A DNA stretch of 46,001 nucleotides from Reclinomonas americana ATCC 50394 (Eukaryota), in NCBI GenBank assembly GCA_048213135.1, contig PS015220.1:1837-47837 (forward strand), read 5' to 3'. The notes beneath the pieces were generated by a model that saw only the letters and a program-made list of their open reading frames with translations, searched no databases and had not been told where the DNA came from. A program made the position numbers and the translations under genes. Position 1 is the first letter of the stretch; each line of letters opens with the position of its first letter. Shown one piece after another: positions 1 through 13,542 of the stretch.

Positions 1-2090
1 TTTCTCTCACGCGTGAGGCGTCGCCGAGGAGGGCAATCGGTGTTTTCTTTCAGCGCGCAACACGAAACCTGCAGTGCAATGGCATTGATGCGACTGGCCA
101 AGGTCAGCAGCCGACAGCAATTGTCGGGGTCGACCAGCGTCTGCAGAAAGTCGGCGCACTGACTCTTCAGCGACTCAATGTCAAAGTGTTCCGCCAGAAT
201 CAGCAGCTCCAACACGGTGTCCTGGTCGACGCGCAATTCTCTCGTGTACAGGTAGCTGCGTCACCGAGGGCGACAGTGAGTCGGCTGGTGTGGACCAAGC
301 GCACAACATCGACCTCTGTACACACCGGACAAACACCTCCAGCACCGCCTGCGAGTAGCCCGACAGTCGGACTTCTCCCGTGGCACTCTCCTCCATTCCC
401 GAGCGGAACAGGGCTACATCCAACACATCAGTCATCGCAGCAACAACAAGAATGAAAGCATAGGATGGCGTCTATTACCATCAAACACAGGGCTCACTGC
501 GCACAGCAAGAGGTGTGGAACGCGAACCCGACAGTCTTCGTCACTCAGCAGCGTAATGTCAGCCATGCCCGGCACATTGTCCACGTCCAGGAAGCGATTC
601 TGTACGAGCCAGCAGTCTCAGCTTGCTGGCGACAACAGGTCTCAGCGCAAGGAACAAACCAACAGCCAGGCGACCCGATTCTCCACATCCACCACACACG
701 GCACCTCCAGGCTTTGTAGCAGACGAAGGACGGGCGAATCCGTGCCTTTGCGCGAAAAAAACAAATGTTTAAAGGAAGTAAGCACACGCACATACACACA
801 AAATATGATATCGGAAGTGCACCTCGATCGAGTGTAGCGTGCCCAGCATACATGGCGGCCAGTGCACCCTCCACAACGGCGTCTTCTGCGGGCGTGCTGA
901 TGGTAATCTCCTGCGATTCGCGTGAGAAGCACGGAAGCTACATAGAGAGGGAGAGAAAACGCGTAACCGACCTCCACTGCGTGCTCCCGAGTGAACTGCG
1001 GTCGGAGAGCTGTGCAGTACGCGTACACGACCACAGCATGTGCCTCGAAACGCGACGCACTCCTGCAACAACAGAGATTGGTGATTCAGTCCCGCGTGTC
1101 AAGCAGAGAGTGCGACGATACAGAAGCGTACCCCGCGACCCGCAAAATGACGTCGGCGCGATCGCGATGACGTGCGCGATAACTTGCCTCCAGGCTGACC
1201 AAGGCCGGCGGCGGCGATACTTCAATGCCGCGCGCTCGGCCACGCAACTCAGCCTCCGGCGAGGAGTAGAGGAAGGTGGAGGCGGTGTGGAGAACCTTGA
1301 TGTTGCGCACCTGGATGGCGCGATTCCACGTCGAGATGCCAATGACCTGCAGTGTGACACGGGGAAAAAACACACACGAGGCACTGAGTTGGCGTGATCA
1401 TTGCGATGAGCGGCGAAAGACGGCACGACCCACCCGCACAGTGCCAATCATATCCGGGTCCTCGGCCACCAGCGTAATGTTGGCCAACCGCACATCGCCC
1501 TTACCGCAAAACACAAACGACCGCCACACACCAAACCAGTGCGTCTCAAAGTCCCCACCCATCACGGCACTGGGGCACTGCGCGTGCGTCTTGGAGACCA
1601 GCGGCTTGCCACGACGTCGAATTGTGCTCTTCTTGTTGTCGAAGCCTCCAATGTTGAACTCGTACGGCGCCGCCGTGCCCTCCCACCGCGTGTCGCCAAA
1701 CTGCGATCGCCGAGCCCCGACATCGTCAAAGCACACGTGCAAATCGTTGCTACCGCGCGCCTCCAGCATCACGACTCCATCACCCGCCGACGGTAACCTC
1801 AGATCGTCGTCCTCCAGGAACACGTAGCGTGCTTTGCGAGGCCCAAAGTTCAACACGACCGCGTTTCGCGGCACATGCTGCACGCGCATTCCGCCGACCA
1901 GTGCACTGGTGCTACTGCTGCTGCTGCTGCTGCCAATAGAAGAGCCACGATCTGTTGGCTGCTGTTGTGGTGGTGGTGGTGGTGGTGGTGGTGCTGGCGG
2001 AGACACCACTGTGATGAGACGCTGGTGGCCGCCGCTGTCACTGTGCTGCGCATCGAGCATAGGCGGCGATGCGTCATCGCCCGAGATCAT
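1..2090 (-). CDS. BTB/POZ-BACK protein with N-terminal farnesoic-acid-O-methyltransferase-like domain (multi-exon, runs off the window start)
   Basis: N-terminal 'LEARGSNDLHVCF...YEFNIGGFDNKKSTIRR...FETHWFGV' matches the Methyltransf_FA-like pattern. Spliced 'VPHLLLCAVSPVFD|ALFRSGMEESATGEVRL' and 'LLILAEHFDIESLKSQCADFLQTLVDPDNCCRLL' are BTB and BACK-start motifs. Start Met uncertain. Confidence 0.75.
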
Positions 2091-2443
2091 TCCACGCACC
2101 AGCGACTGCTCTCTGTGCACCAAACATACGCACACGCACTCGGTGAGGTGAAGTGCGCAAGGAGATGTGGATGTGCGGCATGAGAGAATCAGCGACACCG
2201 AATGAATGCCACTCTCGCACATGATTGAGCATTTGCGCAATGTGTGCGCGTGAGTGTGTGTGTGTGAAGACAAGAGTGGGAGTGGGAGGTGTGGTCTCAT
2301 CCATCACACTAACCGCTGTTGCCGTGTTTCGCCCGCTGCTGCTTTCTTTTTCTTCTTCTTTGTCGACGGAGGATCGTTGTCGAATATTGGCGCGCGGGAC
2401 ACACAATCAATCAATCACCCGCAGAGACGACGACGAGCTTCAC

Positions 2444-4388
2444 TTAAATAATGTTGAGCCGGGCGTAAATGGTGTCCACTCGCTGCGTCAAAAAGTACAC
2501 CTTCTCCTGCGCATGCATCAGCTCGGTCACCGAGTCGGCCAGTTCCTGCAGGCCTCCGGAAATGAGCGACAACTGTATTCGGAAAGCAAAGTCAAACAAC
2601 AACAAACCTGCTGTACACGCAGCCGCACGGCATTGCTGGCATCCAGTTCCTTGTCGCGATCCGACAGCTTCCTTCGCATCTCTTCGACTGTGGTCTTGGA
2701 CTCCTGCGCGTTAACAAATCAGTGCGCTGGCCACACCACCACCAAAGGATGGAAAAATGTGACGAACCGCCTCCGATGACACCAGTCGCACGTTGGACTG
2801 CTGAGCAGCGGTGAGCTGCTTGGCCAGTGTCTCGTGCCGCTCTTCCCAGCTGTGGAGCTGCACGTTGAGTCGGTCCAGTTGCTCCTGCAGGTGCTCCCGC
2901 AGGCTGTTTTGTGCGGCCAGCTCACGGCGCAGCAAGTCGGCGTCCCGACGCAGCTGCTCCGACTCCTTCAGTGCTCCAATCAGCTTGTGCTGCAGATATG
3001 TGTTGCGTCCGTCCACCAGGTGCGCACGATCCTTGATGGAGTCGAGGCCTCGGACGGACTCGTCGAGTGCCGAAAACTTGTTGCCAAGCTCGACGATTTC
3101 GCCCTCGAGTTTCTTGCACTGCGCCTGCCACTTGGACACGGTGTCTTCCAGGGCATCGTTCTCGGCACGCAGCCTCGATGTCTCCAGCAGGAACGCATTG
3201 TTGCGGCTGTGGCTGGTCTCCAGGTCGTGCTGAGCCACACACGCATCAGTGAGGAAAGAAGTGTGCGGTACCATCGGCTGGTGAACACAGACAAACCGAC
3301 AGCACGGCCACTGCATCGAGGAGACGGACGCGCTCATCCTCCTCGCCCATCATGGTGCGCTCGTAGATGAGGCGCCAGTACTCGGCCGCCCGCGCTGCCG
3401 CCGCTAATCGCTCCTCCGATTGCACCTTGTCGCGTGTCAATTGCGCTCTACAATCGACATGAGCATGAGTTAGTCACCTACCGCGGCAGAACGCCGTTGC
3501 GGCACCGACAAACAACGCAACAGTGAGCGCGCCAGATCATTCATCCGCTTCGTCTGCTCGGGACTCTTGACCTCGCCCGCATCAGCGGCAGCCGCTTGCT
3601 GTTGCTGCTGCTGTTGCTGCTGTTGCTGTTGTTGACCGCGTTCCACAGCCGACATGCCGCGTCGCCGCGGACTAGTCGGACTCGCATGCTTCTCCTTCTC
3701 TGCCAAGGCTGCTGCCGTCGCCTGCTGCTTGGTGCGCAGACTGGCCAGCCGTGACACCAACTGCGCCACCTCCTCCGCAAGCCGCGAGTTGTCGGCCGAC
3801 ACCGCCTGCGTGTGCCCCTCCATCAAGTGCCGCTGCTGCGCCCACTCCTGCCGATCCAACTCCGCCTGCTGCCGCACCTCATCCAACTCTCGCCGCAACG
3901 CATTGATGCGCAGCGCCTGCTCTTGTCGCTCACCGACCTGTATAGTCGTGAGTTGCACACGACGGAACTCCCAACAGAGAGGAAGACACACACACCTCGC
4001 GCTTCCGCACGATCGCCACGTCGTTCTCCAGTCGCTGCTTGGCCTCACGCAGCTCCGACAGCGCCTTGACATCGTCATCTGCTCGCACACGCAGGGCCTC
4101 ATTCTCTGCACTCAGGGCCCGCGCCTGCATCACACACACACACGCATCAGCACACCGCATCACACCACTGTCTCTCCTCCTTCTGCTCCTCCCTCTCACC
4201 GTCTCCTGCAACTGCTGAATGCGCTCCAGTGCCACGGCCAGCTCGCTCTTTGGTTTTCCACTCTGTGGAGGCGATGATGCAGCCGGAGAAGAAGACGACT
4301 GTGCTGGCGGTGTTGGTGGCGGTGGACGTGGAGGCGGTGAGGAAGCCACCGAAGCCACCGAAGCCGCAATCGCCTGCTCGTCGCTCAT
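2444..4388 (-). CDS. Long coiled-coil protein of unknown function (multi-exon)
   Basis: ATG at 4388 (MSDEQAIAAS...). Heptad-rich exons (ELAVALERIQQLQE; LRAENDALEDTVSKWQAQCKKLEGEIVEL) and a polyQ tract. Last exon ends ...IYARLNII-TAA at 2444. Confidence 0.7.
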
Positions 4389-4466
4389 GAAGACGACACA
4401 GACACACGAGCGGCTCTCAGTCGCCTGCAGGACATTGTTTTTCGACCCCTCTACTCGTTGTTGGCG

Positions 4467-6015
4467 ATGGTGAAGCAGATTGTGTTGGAGGAGGTGTTTG
4501 CGGGTCCTGTGGAGGCTGTGTGGGCATGCACGTTTGGCGATCCGCGATTTAATCAGCGGTACCACGATGCGCGTGGCGATCGAGGTATCTTCTTCCTCTC
4601 TCTCTCTCTGCCCCTTTGTGCGATTCTCTCATGTGGGTGGTGATAGATCTGGTGGTCAGCGAGTGGGCACCGGTGACTGGAGAGGCGGGAGTGGAGGCAC
4701 GACGAACGGTGTCGTTCACGGCGGATCTGAAGGTTCCGCGACTGATTGAGGGCTTCATTGGTTGCGTTGGCCTCCTCCGGTGCTGTGTGTCTACCGTGCT
4801 CGCCCGCTCATGGTGACTCCACACGCACAGGCGCCAAGTGCGTAATGGCGAGAATTGTCGAGACGCGGAGAAGCGCAGTGCCCGGATCTGAGTTGCGTTT
4901 CGGTCTCGCTTTCATGCCCGTCGTTGAACTTTTTCTGTGCGAGAGAGTGCTCACTGCGTGGGGCAATCCAGTGCGTACGTGGTGTTCAACGAGAGTCACC
5001 TGAGCGGATTCCCGATGGCCAGTCAATTCCGAAGCACGCAGCTGTATCGTCTGTCGGCGACCGGCGGCGATCGCACTCGCATCCTGGCCGAGGGCAATGT
5101 CGAGTTTACTGGAGGGATGTGGCCTGTGCGCGGCAAGGTGGAGTCCGACATGGAGGAGAAGGTGCGCGCCGGACTGGAGCTGTGGATGCGTATCGCCCAC
5201 GAGTCGCTGCGTGAGTTCCTCGAGCGGGCGGCAAGAGAACGCGAGGCCGCTGCAGCGGCTGCTGTTGCTGGAGCTCAGTCACCCGCCATGGTCGTGGATG
5301 AGCCGAGTGCCGCACCACTCTCGCGAGCCCCACCACCACCGCGCCAGCTGCGACCACCATCGACTGGCGGAGAGGTCACGCGGCAGACCCCCAGTGTGTT
5401 GGAACTCGACGAGGATGTGTTTTTCGACACGCGAGAGGCGTCGACACCAAACGAGATCTCGGCCATTAGCGCCGCCGAGAGCGTCGACTATGACGACGAT
5501 CACGACGTGGACGAGGACGATGATGACGACGATCGGCTGAGTGGTTCCGCCTCGTCGTTCGCTCCGATTCGGCCGGCCATGTCCGCCGCTGCGCCATTAG
5601 CACAACGCAGTGGGGTGAGCACATTTTTTCCGGCTGCACTGTGTGACGATGCATGCATGGCTGATCGTGCGTCACGCAGAGTGTGTCATCGGTGGTGGGC
5701 ACCGACACGGTCAACACACTGGTGCGTGCCATCAACCGGTTATCGGATCGCGTCGAGGTGCTGGAGCGCTTGGTGAATCCGGCCAGTCGCGCCAGTGCCG
5801 CCGCCACCGCCGCCGCCGCCGCCGCCACTCCACAGCAGCCAACGCCCATATCCACCACTGTGTCACCACTGTCGTCGGCACAATCAAGTCCGGTGGTGGG
5901 GCGCGCACAGTCGCATGCGTGGTCCTTGTCGTGGAAATCGTCGTTCGTGGTCGGTGTGTGCACGGTTATCGTGGGCGTAGGTGCCGGACTCTTTTGGTGG
6001 CGACGACGCAAGTAA
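4467..6015 (+). CDS. VASt (StART-like) lipid-transfer domain protein with C-terminal transmembrane anchor
   Basis: 'LEEVFAGPVEAVWACTFGDPRFNQRYHDARGDR|DLVVSEW...RRTVSF', 'SGFPMASQFRSTQLYRL...VEFTGGMWPVRGKVES' fit the VASt pattern. An acidic linker follows, then the hydrophobic tail FVVGVCTVIVGVGAGLFWWRRRK*. Confidence 0.7.
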
Positions 6016-6095
6016 ATAGACGATAATGGCATTACAATGTTGTTTTTTGTGCTGTCGACAGCAACCGCCACGTGCTGCTGCGGAGCTCTCCCTCA

Positions 6096-7943
6096 TCAGT
6101 GACCAAACACCAGGCGCTCCAGCATTTTCTTGATCGTGACTGTGGGAAGGCAGGTGAGCACAGACAGCAGCAAACGGCAGGGCGATTGCGAGGGAAAGAC
6201 GTACCCATCTGTGGGCCCACGTTGCTGGCGTACTCGGGACCCGTGAAGCCCCACCAGTCGAAGCATCCATTCTGTTGGGGAGCGAGTTCAGACAGTGTGG
6301 CATATGGAGGGCTGCTGTGTGGCAACACTCACCGGGTTGAGGGCATTGGTGCGTGCCTGAGGCCACAGCACAATAATGTTGTTGGTCTCGGCCCATCGGT
6401 GCAAGCCAGAGTGGTTGAGGAAGGTGGTGCCGATCTTGTCGGGGTACATGAGGCATCCGTGCAGCATGACAAACAGCTTGCACAAGGCTGCGCATGCATG
6501 CGTGGTCAACATGAAGATGCCAGCACGAGAAACAGTTATTAAGGGAAGCATACCTTGCTGCTGGCACGCAGTTGGTACGTAGACGTAGCCAATGTCGTGC
6601 AGTGAAATGGTCTCCGAGGTCCACAGACCCGGGAAGAACTCCAGCTGGTTGAACGAGAGCAACTGCATTGTGCTGTGTGTGAGGCACGGGAGAGAGAGAG
6701 GAGGAGGGCACGAAGAGTTCCGTCTCCACACGCAACATTCTCCGGCAGACCGCCGTACGGGACCGTGGGAGCCGACAGCGTGTTGTTGTACAGATGCTGC
6801 AGCATCGCACCTGCCATGTCGTAGTGGCAGTTGCTAATGTACGGGTCTCCGAGCACGCTGCCTGTGTGTGCGTGTGACGAGCACGAGGTGAGAAACAAGC
6901 AGGTGCACAACGGTGGCGAGTCATGTATCACAAGCAACACAACAATCGTTGCCGAAAAAGTCGGTGATCCACGCATGCTCCGACGGGATCTCGTAGTCGG
7001 TCAGCAGGCTGCCACCTGCGGTACACTGCATGAGCGCGACGCAGCACCAGCATAGAAACCCGAGTCACACAAACCAGTGCGAGACAGGAAATGCTCGTAG
7101 TACTCCTCCAGCTTCTTCACCACTCCCGGGTGCACAACCGTGTCCTTGGTGCCACTGCACGCGAGTCAGCGGATCACCAGCATGAGCGTGTGGTCTTTCT
7201 CTCACGCACCTGTACAGGTACACTCGGGCGTCGGCCAAGTTGCTCGTGTCATCAATGAAGCCCGACAGCGCAGTCGACTCAGTGATGCCTACAATGTGCA
7301 CGCACAGTGAGCGAGAAGAAAAGGAGGAGCGCGAGAAGATGCGATTGCGCGCACCAATGAGCTCCTTGACAGAGATCAGAGACGGGTACTTCATGCACGA
7401 GGAGAGCGCAATGGAGGCTTGTGCCTGGGCACCTGTGAACGTGCGCGCGTGTGTGTATGTGCAGGGGGAGAGAGGGAGAGAGGGAGAGAGCAGCACAATG
7501 GACGTACACCAGAAGGGACCACCGGCTGAGATGCCAGCTCCAGAGAACATGTTGGAGTAGGCCACATGCAATTGCACCGCCTGCCAGTGTGCGTGTCAGA
7601 GGCAGACATGGGGAGAGAGAGACAGAGACAGAGAGACACACCATGTAGGCACCGGATGAAATGCCACCAACAGTGATAGAATGTGGATCCACACGGTAGC
7701 TCTCTGAAAGAGAGAGACAGAACATTGGTGAGTGACGCATGAGAGGGGAGCGAGAGAGCTTGTGAGAACGCGCGCGCAACGGAGAGCGGCGCCAACGTGG
7801 TTGCTCTCATCGCTCTCGCTGTCGGCCATGCCGCGCAGCAGCACAGACGCGCGCGCGACTGCAGTCATCGCGAGCAGCAGCAGCAGGAGTAGTGTAAGCG
7901 CCACAGTCGTCACTGACATGACTCGTGGTGGTGTGAGCGCCAT
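6096..7943 (-). CDS. Secreted poly(3-hydroxybutyrate) depolymerase-like serine esterase (fungal PhaZ type)
   Basis: Signal peptide; 'ITVGGISSGAYM|AVQLHVAYS...GAGISAGGPFWC', 'VYLYSGTKDTVVHP', 'GYVYVPTAC', 'LHGCLM...RWAETNNIIVLWPQA', 'NGCFDWWG'. Ends ...LERLVFGH-TGA. Confidence 0.85.
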
Positions 7944-8069
7944 GATGACTGATTGCTAGACGTGGAGGACCGACGCGCGACGTCCGTCTTTCTCTCGACT
8001 CGCTACTGGCAGTCGCGTAACACAAGAGGCCGTTGTTCTTTCTCACTCGTTTCGTTCACTATATGATCA

Positions 8070-8826
8070 CTACTTGCTCGTCGGCTTTTGCGGCTGTTGT
8101 CCGCCGGGAGGAGGAGGCAAGAAGGCAGGCGGCTGCTGCAACTGCTGGTACTGCTGCTGTTGCTGTTGCTGTTGCTGCTGCTGAGGAGTCATGTACGGCG
8201 AGGGGTTCATGGGCGGCTGCGGTCGCATACCAGCCGGAGCAGGCATGCCAGGTGCTGGAGGCATTCCCGGCTGCGGTGGCTGCTGTTGCTGCTGCTGCTG
8301 CTGTTGATAGCCATACGGAACCGCAGAGGCGCCTGGAGGCATCTGGTACTGCGCGTAGGCGACGTACTGTGGCTGCGGAGGCGGGGCTACGAGCAGCGGC
8401 GATCGCGAGGATTGGCTGGGGGCGCCGTAGAGGAGGCGCATGCGGCGGCGACGCCACACGATAAAGGCAATGGCGCTGATGATGGTGAGTACCACGACAG
8501 AGACGATGACGCCGACGGCCCACTTGGGGAGGCCACCGCAGATGCACTGTGTGCGCGGACGACGGAGAATCGTCAGTGATCGAACACGCCCACGTGGACG
8601 CACACACACTCTCCTCTCTCCTCCACACACAGACACGCACCGACGTGCTGGTGCCAATGGAGATCCAGGTGTAGGAAAAGTAGGAGGAGCAGCAGTAGCT
8701 GCAGGCGAACTCGCTGTAGGCGTTGCTGCAGTCGGCCAGCGCAGGCTCACTCACGGCCACCACCATCATCACCACAGCTGCGGCCAGCAAGATAACAGGC
8801 GACATTGATGTAGTCCGACGACGCAT
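8070..8826 (-). CDS. Single-pass membrane protein: signal peptide, small Cys-rich ectodomain, TM helix, Pro/Gln/Tyr-rich tail (Shisa/WBP1-like architecture)
   Basis: MSPVILLAAAVVMMVVAVSEPALA, then DCSNAYSEFACSYCCSSY...|CICGGLPKWAVGVIVSVVVLTIISAIAFIVWRRRR, then a PQY-rich tail. One intron. Confidence 0.7.
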
Positions 8827-8884
8827 TCCTGTCGCGAAACAGAGAGGAACGAAACGAGAGGAAGTGGCAGGACGACTGTTCACT

Positions 8885-10520
8885 TCATGACTCGCGGTCT
8901 CGACCAGAGTACGCTGCAAGGACCCAGGCGTAGGCCTCGCGGGAGGCCACCACCGCGTCGGGCGGTACAGAATCGGCGCGATGAAACTCGGCGGCCAGTG
9001 CCTCTGCTTGCTCGGCAATCGATTGTCGGAAGCGCAGCATGGTTGCGGCGCACGTGTCGGCCGCCTCGCCTTCCGGCACCGCCTTGGAGACGGCAAAGCC
9101 ACGGCACTGCAGTGGGTGGTGGTCGGTATAACGCAGCAGGAGAGGGAAGAAGCGACATGCATGCTGTACAACACCTTGTACCGCAGAGTGTCGACGGCCA
9201 CTCGCACGGCCTCATTGTCGTGCTGCGACGGTCCTACGTGCCGCACAAGCACCTGCAGTGTCAGCAGCCAGCAACTGGCGTGTCTCGGCAACAACGTGAA
9301 GCACGCATGCAGCGCCTGCAGCGCCTCATCGACTCGCCGGCACGCCAGCATCTCGCGAGCCCGTCGCAACTGTGCCGCCGGTCGCAGATGCGGAGCCGGC
9401 GCTGCCTCCTCGCCCTCATCGCCACCATCGCTCTCCTCGTGGGCACGGGCCAGACGCAGGCGGCAGCGGGCAACAACGTCGCNNNNNNNNNNNNNNNNNN
9501 NNNNNNNNNNNNNNNNNNNNNNNNNNNNNNNNNNNNNNNNNNNNNNNNNNNNNNNNNNNNNNNNNNNNNNNNNNNNNNNNNNNNNNNNNNNNNNNNNNNN
9601 NNNNNNNNNNNNNNNNNNNNNNNNNNNNNNNNNNNNNNNNNNNNNNNNNNNNNNNNNNNNNNNNNNNNNNNNNNNNNNNNNNNNNNNNNNNNNNNNNNNN
9701 NNNNNNNNNNNNNNNNNNNNNNNNNNNNNNNNNNNNNNNNNNNNNNNNNNNNNNNNNNNNNNNNNNNNNNNNNNNNNNNNNNNNNNNNNNNNNNNNNNNN
9801 NNNNNNNNNNNNNNNNNNNNNNNNNNNNNNNNNNNNNNNNNNNNNNNNNNNNNNNNNNNNNNNNNNNNNNNNNNNNNNNNNNNNNNNNNNNNNNNNNNNN
9901 NNNNNNNNNNNNNNNNNNNNNNNNNNNNNNNNNNNNNNNNNNNNNNNNNNNNNNNNNNNNNNNNNNNNNNNNNNNNNNNNNNNNNNNNNNNNNNNNNNNN
10001 NNNNNNNNNNNNNNNNNNNNNNNNNNNNNNNNNNNNNNNGCAACCAGCGCTCATCGACTCCTGCCGGACTGCCGCTCTCGTCGTCATCATCATCCTCCCG
10101 CGCCTCGCCTTCCTCAACACCGTCGGCTTGCAGGAGCTGCCGCAGTGCACTCTTGGCTGCGCGCAGGCACTCATCGAAGCGACCACGTCGGTACAGCAGA
10201 TCGAGACGCGGACGCAGTGCCAGTGGATCGTCAGCATCGGCCGTCACAAACCACTGTGTTGTGGAGAGTGAGGAGGGTGCACACACACACACACAAACAC
10301 ACACTATGTACGGGCGAACCTCGGGCGCCACCGTCACCGCTGTGTAGGGAGCTGCAGGGGGCACTGGCAGTTCGCCGCTGCATGCAGTCGCGTGTGAGTC
10401 TCATTGTCTCTCCCCCTCCGCCGTTTCTCGACGCAACCGAGGACGCTGTGTGCTACCGCTGCTACCACCACCAAAGAGGTCGTCATCAAACGCAAAACCC
10501 TCGTCGCTCTCCCCGAGCAT
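8885..10520 (-). CDS. C8orf76-like (TPR-like helical) protein, spanning an N-gap
   Basis: Spliced 'GFAFDDDLF...APYTAVTVAPE|WFVT...DLLYRRGRFDECL...ERWL|RDVVARCRLRL' resembles the C8orf76 pattern (F-D-xx-F, Y-x-A, P-x-WF, DLxYRR, RDV...ARC). The gap flanks join in frame. Confidence 0.55.
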
Positions 10521-10664
10521 GCAAACACAAACGAATGACAACTTGCTTCCGTCCCGACGTTCATTGCGTTCACACTCTCCCGTCTCTCTTCGCCAACAAC
10601 AACAACGATAACAGCATCACGACAGCAGATCCCCTTCCCCATTCTCTCTCTCACTCTCTCTCCC

Positions 10665-11918
10665 TCACAAGTCCATCGGTGCTGGACCATCCTCTACTTC
10701 CAGCGCCATGCCAGCAGGGATGGGCGGCCGCACCGACTCCGTCCTCTTTGTCAACACTGGCGTCGCACCGCGCGGGTACACGTAGTTGCCAATGCGTGGC
10801 ACGTGCACCTGATCGCCGTTCGGCTTGTCGTACCCACGCAGGTACTTGACGTCGCCCTGCATCGCACATTGTGAGTGAGCACTCTGTCGAGAGTGGCCTC
10901 CCGTGCGCGCAACACCGACCTTGGTGATGACGCAGACGTCGACATTGGAGCCGGAGCCAAGATCGTTGAAGATGCCGGAGCTAATGGCCTGGTGCACCAA
11001 GTCAATCGCCTCCTGCTCCGCCATATCCATCCTGTAGCCGGCCTCGAAGACCGCCATGGCCGCCAACGAGCCCGAGCCCATGGTCACGTACGGCAACGCA
11101 TCCACCGAGCCGTGCGGGTGGATCGAGTACAAGTGCGGTCCCTTGACATCGACACCGCCGAGCACCAGCGCCGCACTGACGTGCCCCTGGTAGTTGAACA
11201 GCATGCGCTTGAGCAGCGTGCAGGCCGTGGACACGCGTGACTCCTTGTTGGTGGTCAGTCGGTGCAACGTCAGCTGCGACGAGATCAAGTCGGTGGTGTT
11301 CTCCGTGTCGGCGGCCGTGCCGGCGCCGCAGCAGTAGATGTTGGGCGCCAAATAGTGGATCTTCTTGCAGTTCTTGTCGGCCACAATCGGGCCCTCCGTG
11401 GCACGCGTGTCGGCTCCAAGCACGACGCCATCCTGTGCGTGAGTGAGTAACAGAGTGGGTGAGCAAGAGAGCATGTGAAAGACACAAATGATCAAATTCA
11501 CACACAGGAGACAACTTTTGTGTGTTGCCATGCACACGCACACGCAAGGCGACATGAGCAAGTCGTGCGAGTGCACTGAGACAACAAGTGCGTGCGTGCG
11601 TGTTCATGCAAGTGGCGGTGTTGTCTCTCTCTGTGCGTGTAAACCCAATTTGCGCGCCATCTCACACACACACGCGCGCGCGCCCTTTCCCTCTTCTGCC
11701 TCCCTGCTTCCCTCCTCTTCTCCTCTGTGCCTCGCTGCTGCTGCTGTGTTCACCTTGTAGATGACACCGACAATGGTGGTGCCGGTCTTGCGCATGACAG
11801 GGCCAGTGGCACTGCCGCTGCCACTGCCAGCGCCCACGACAATGCCGCGTGAGGCCAACAGCGCATTGCGCTTGCAGTTCTCAAAGGAGAAGCCCAGAGG
11901 CTTTGGCTCGTCAAACAT
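10665..11918 (-). CDS. PSMB7: 20S proteasome subunit beta-2 (PSMB7/PUP1)
   Basis: Propeptide [13 protein letters not shown], cleavage site [59 protein letters not shown]. Confidence 0.96.
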
Positions 11919-12166
11919 GATGCTGATTGTGAGTGCAGGACATTGAAGAAACGTCGCGCAATCTTCTCCGTCGCTAGAAAAGAGTGGAGGTAAACGGCGG
12001 GGAGGGTGTTGTAATAACAGCGGCACAGGCACATATGCAATACACAGAGCGCACACAAAAACGCCGAGTGGAAGGGAGGTATGGAGAAGGGGAACGAAAA
12101 AAAACACACGCATTGCAGGCACACCAGCCACATTGACACACACACACAGGAGCGTGCGTGCGGTCT

Positions 12167-13378
12167 TCAAGGACGAGATCCTGAGCCGCTGGCGCCACCG
12201 CGGCCGCTGACGCTCTTGGCCACACGAATTTGGTTCTCGATGAACTCCGACTGTGCGAGAGGAGAATCAGCACTCCACACTTCTCGGGAAACACAAAGAA
12301 CAACAGCAACGTACCCAGCGTTTGAGCGAGGCGGAATCAGTGGCGCGGAACGACACGCTGCGCGGGCCGTCCCTCACCTCGAACTCGACGCTCTCGGGGC
12401 GAATCGAGCCCATCTCCGACGTGCGCAGATCGACGACATCCTCGCTCTCGTTCTCGTCGAAATTCTTGAAGACGACCAGGTGGAAAAACGTGACCACCAC
12501 GTCCTTCTCGACGTACGTGGTCAAGTCAGAGCCCGCCGCCGATCCCGACGCACCACCCGCAGGTGCCGCAGTGCCCGCCGTGCCCTTGACATAGAGCAGG
12601 CCCTCCAGCACCTCGTGACGCTTGTCGAGGTAGTCGGGCACCTGGCCGTGCCATGGCTCGTTGCGCTCCACCGCCTCCATGGCCGCCACAGCCCACGCCT
12701 GTCGCGCCTCCTCCGACCTCGCCAGCAGGCGGAAGCGGCGGTGCGGTCCCACAATCTAGTGAGAATGTGAGATGCTGAGTAGTCAATCAGGTCACAAAGG
12801 AAAACGAGGAAAGCACACCTCAAAGTACGAGTTGTTGAGTGCGCCCTGCACCGAGGTGTAGGCCATTTCAGCCGCCACTGGGTGGCCGAGCCAGATGCTC
12901 GCATCCTGCAGCGAGATCACACCCTTTTGGAGAAAAAGAGAGATTTTTTGTGAGGAAAAATTTGCGAAACGCTTCTCACACACACATGCGCATGCAATCA
13001 ATCACACATGCACACACATGACACACACCTGCGCGCCAAACCGCGTGCCATCGGCCGCCTGCCCGCTCTTCACCTTCTCATCAAACGCGCGTCCCTTCTG
13101 TGCTCACACGAGAGAAAAAAGTGTGCGTGAGTATGAGAGAGAGCAAGTGTGTGTGTGTGCAAAGAAAAACACAACTCCCTCGCCCGTAAAGTACGCAATC
13201 TGCTCCGGCGCCAACACAAAGTACCGCTTCTTCCAGTTCTTGCGCTGTGTGTGTGTGTGTGTGCGCGCGCGAGTGCGCAAGTGAGTGTGTGTGTGTATGT
13301 CGCGGAAAAGTGAGAGGTGCGGTCAAACGCAACAATGGCACCCTGCTTGTGCATCCACGGGTTCAGCTCAGCCGACAT
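12167..13378 (-). CDS. Tandem PH-domain protein
   Basis: 'WMHKQGAIV|RKNWKKRYFVL...KGVISLQDASI...FE|IVGPHRRFRLLARSEEARQAW' is a canonical PH domain. A second PH-like unit runs 'LEGLLYVKG...VVDLRTS...SFRATDSASLKRW'. Confidence 0.8.
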
Positions 13379-13542
13379 GATTGCAAAACGTTAAAGAGAG
13401 AGAGAGAAACGAAGCGTGTGTGTGTGCGCGCGTGCAACAAAGTGCAAAAATTGATAGTGCGTCACAGGACCTCCGCCTTTCTCCCATCCACCTTTTTTCT
13501 TCTCGTTTACTCGTCTACGATTAGTCAGCACAAAAAAAGTAG

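Noticed and set aside
13130-13300. (GT)n/(GA)n tracts here and throughout
   Set aside because: Ordinary intronic microsatellite-like composition.
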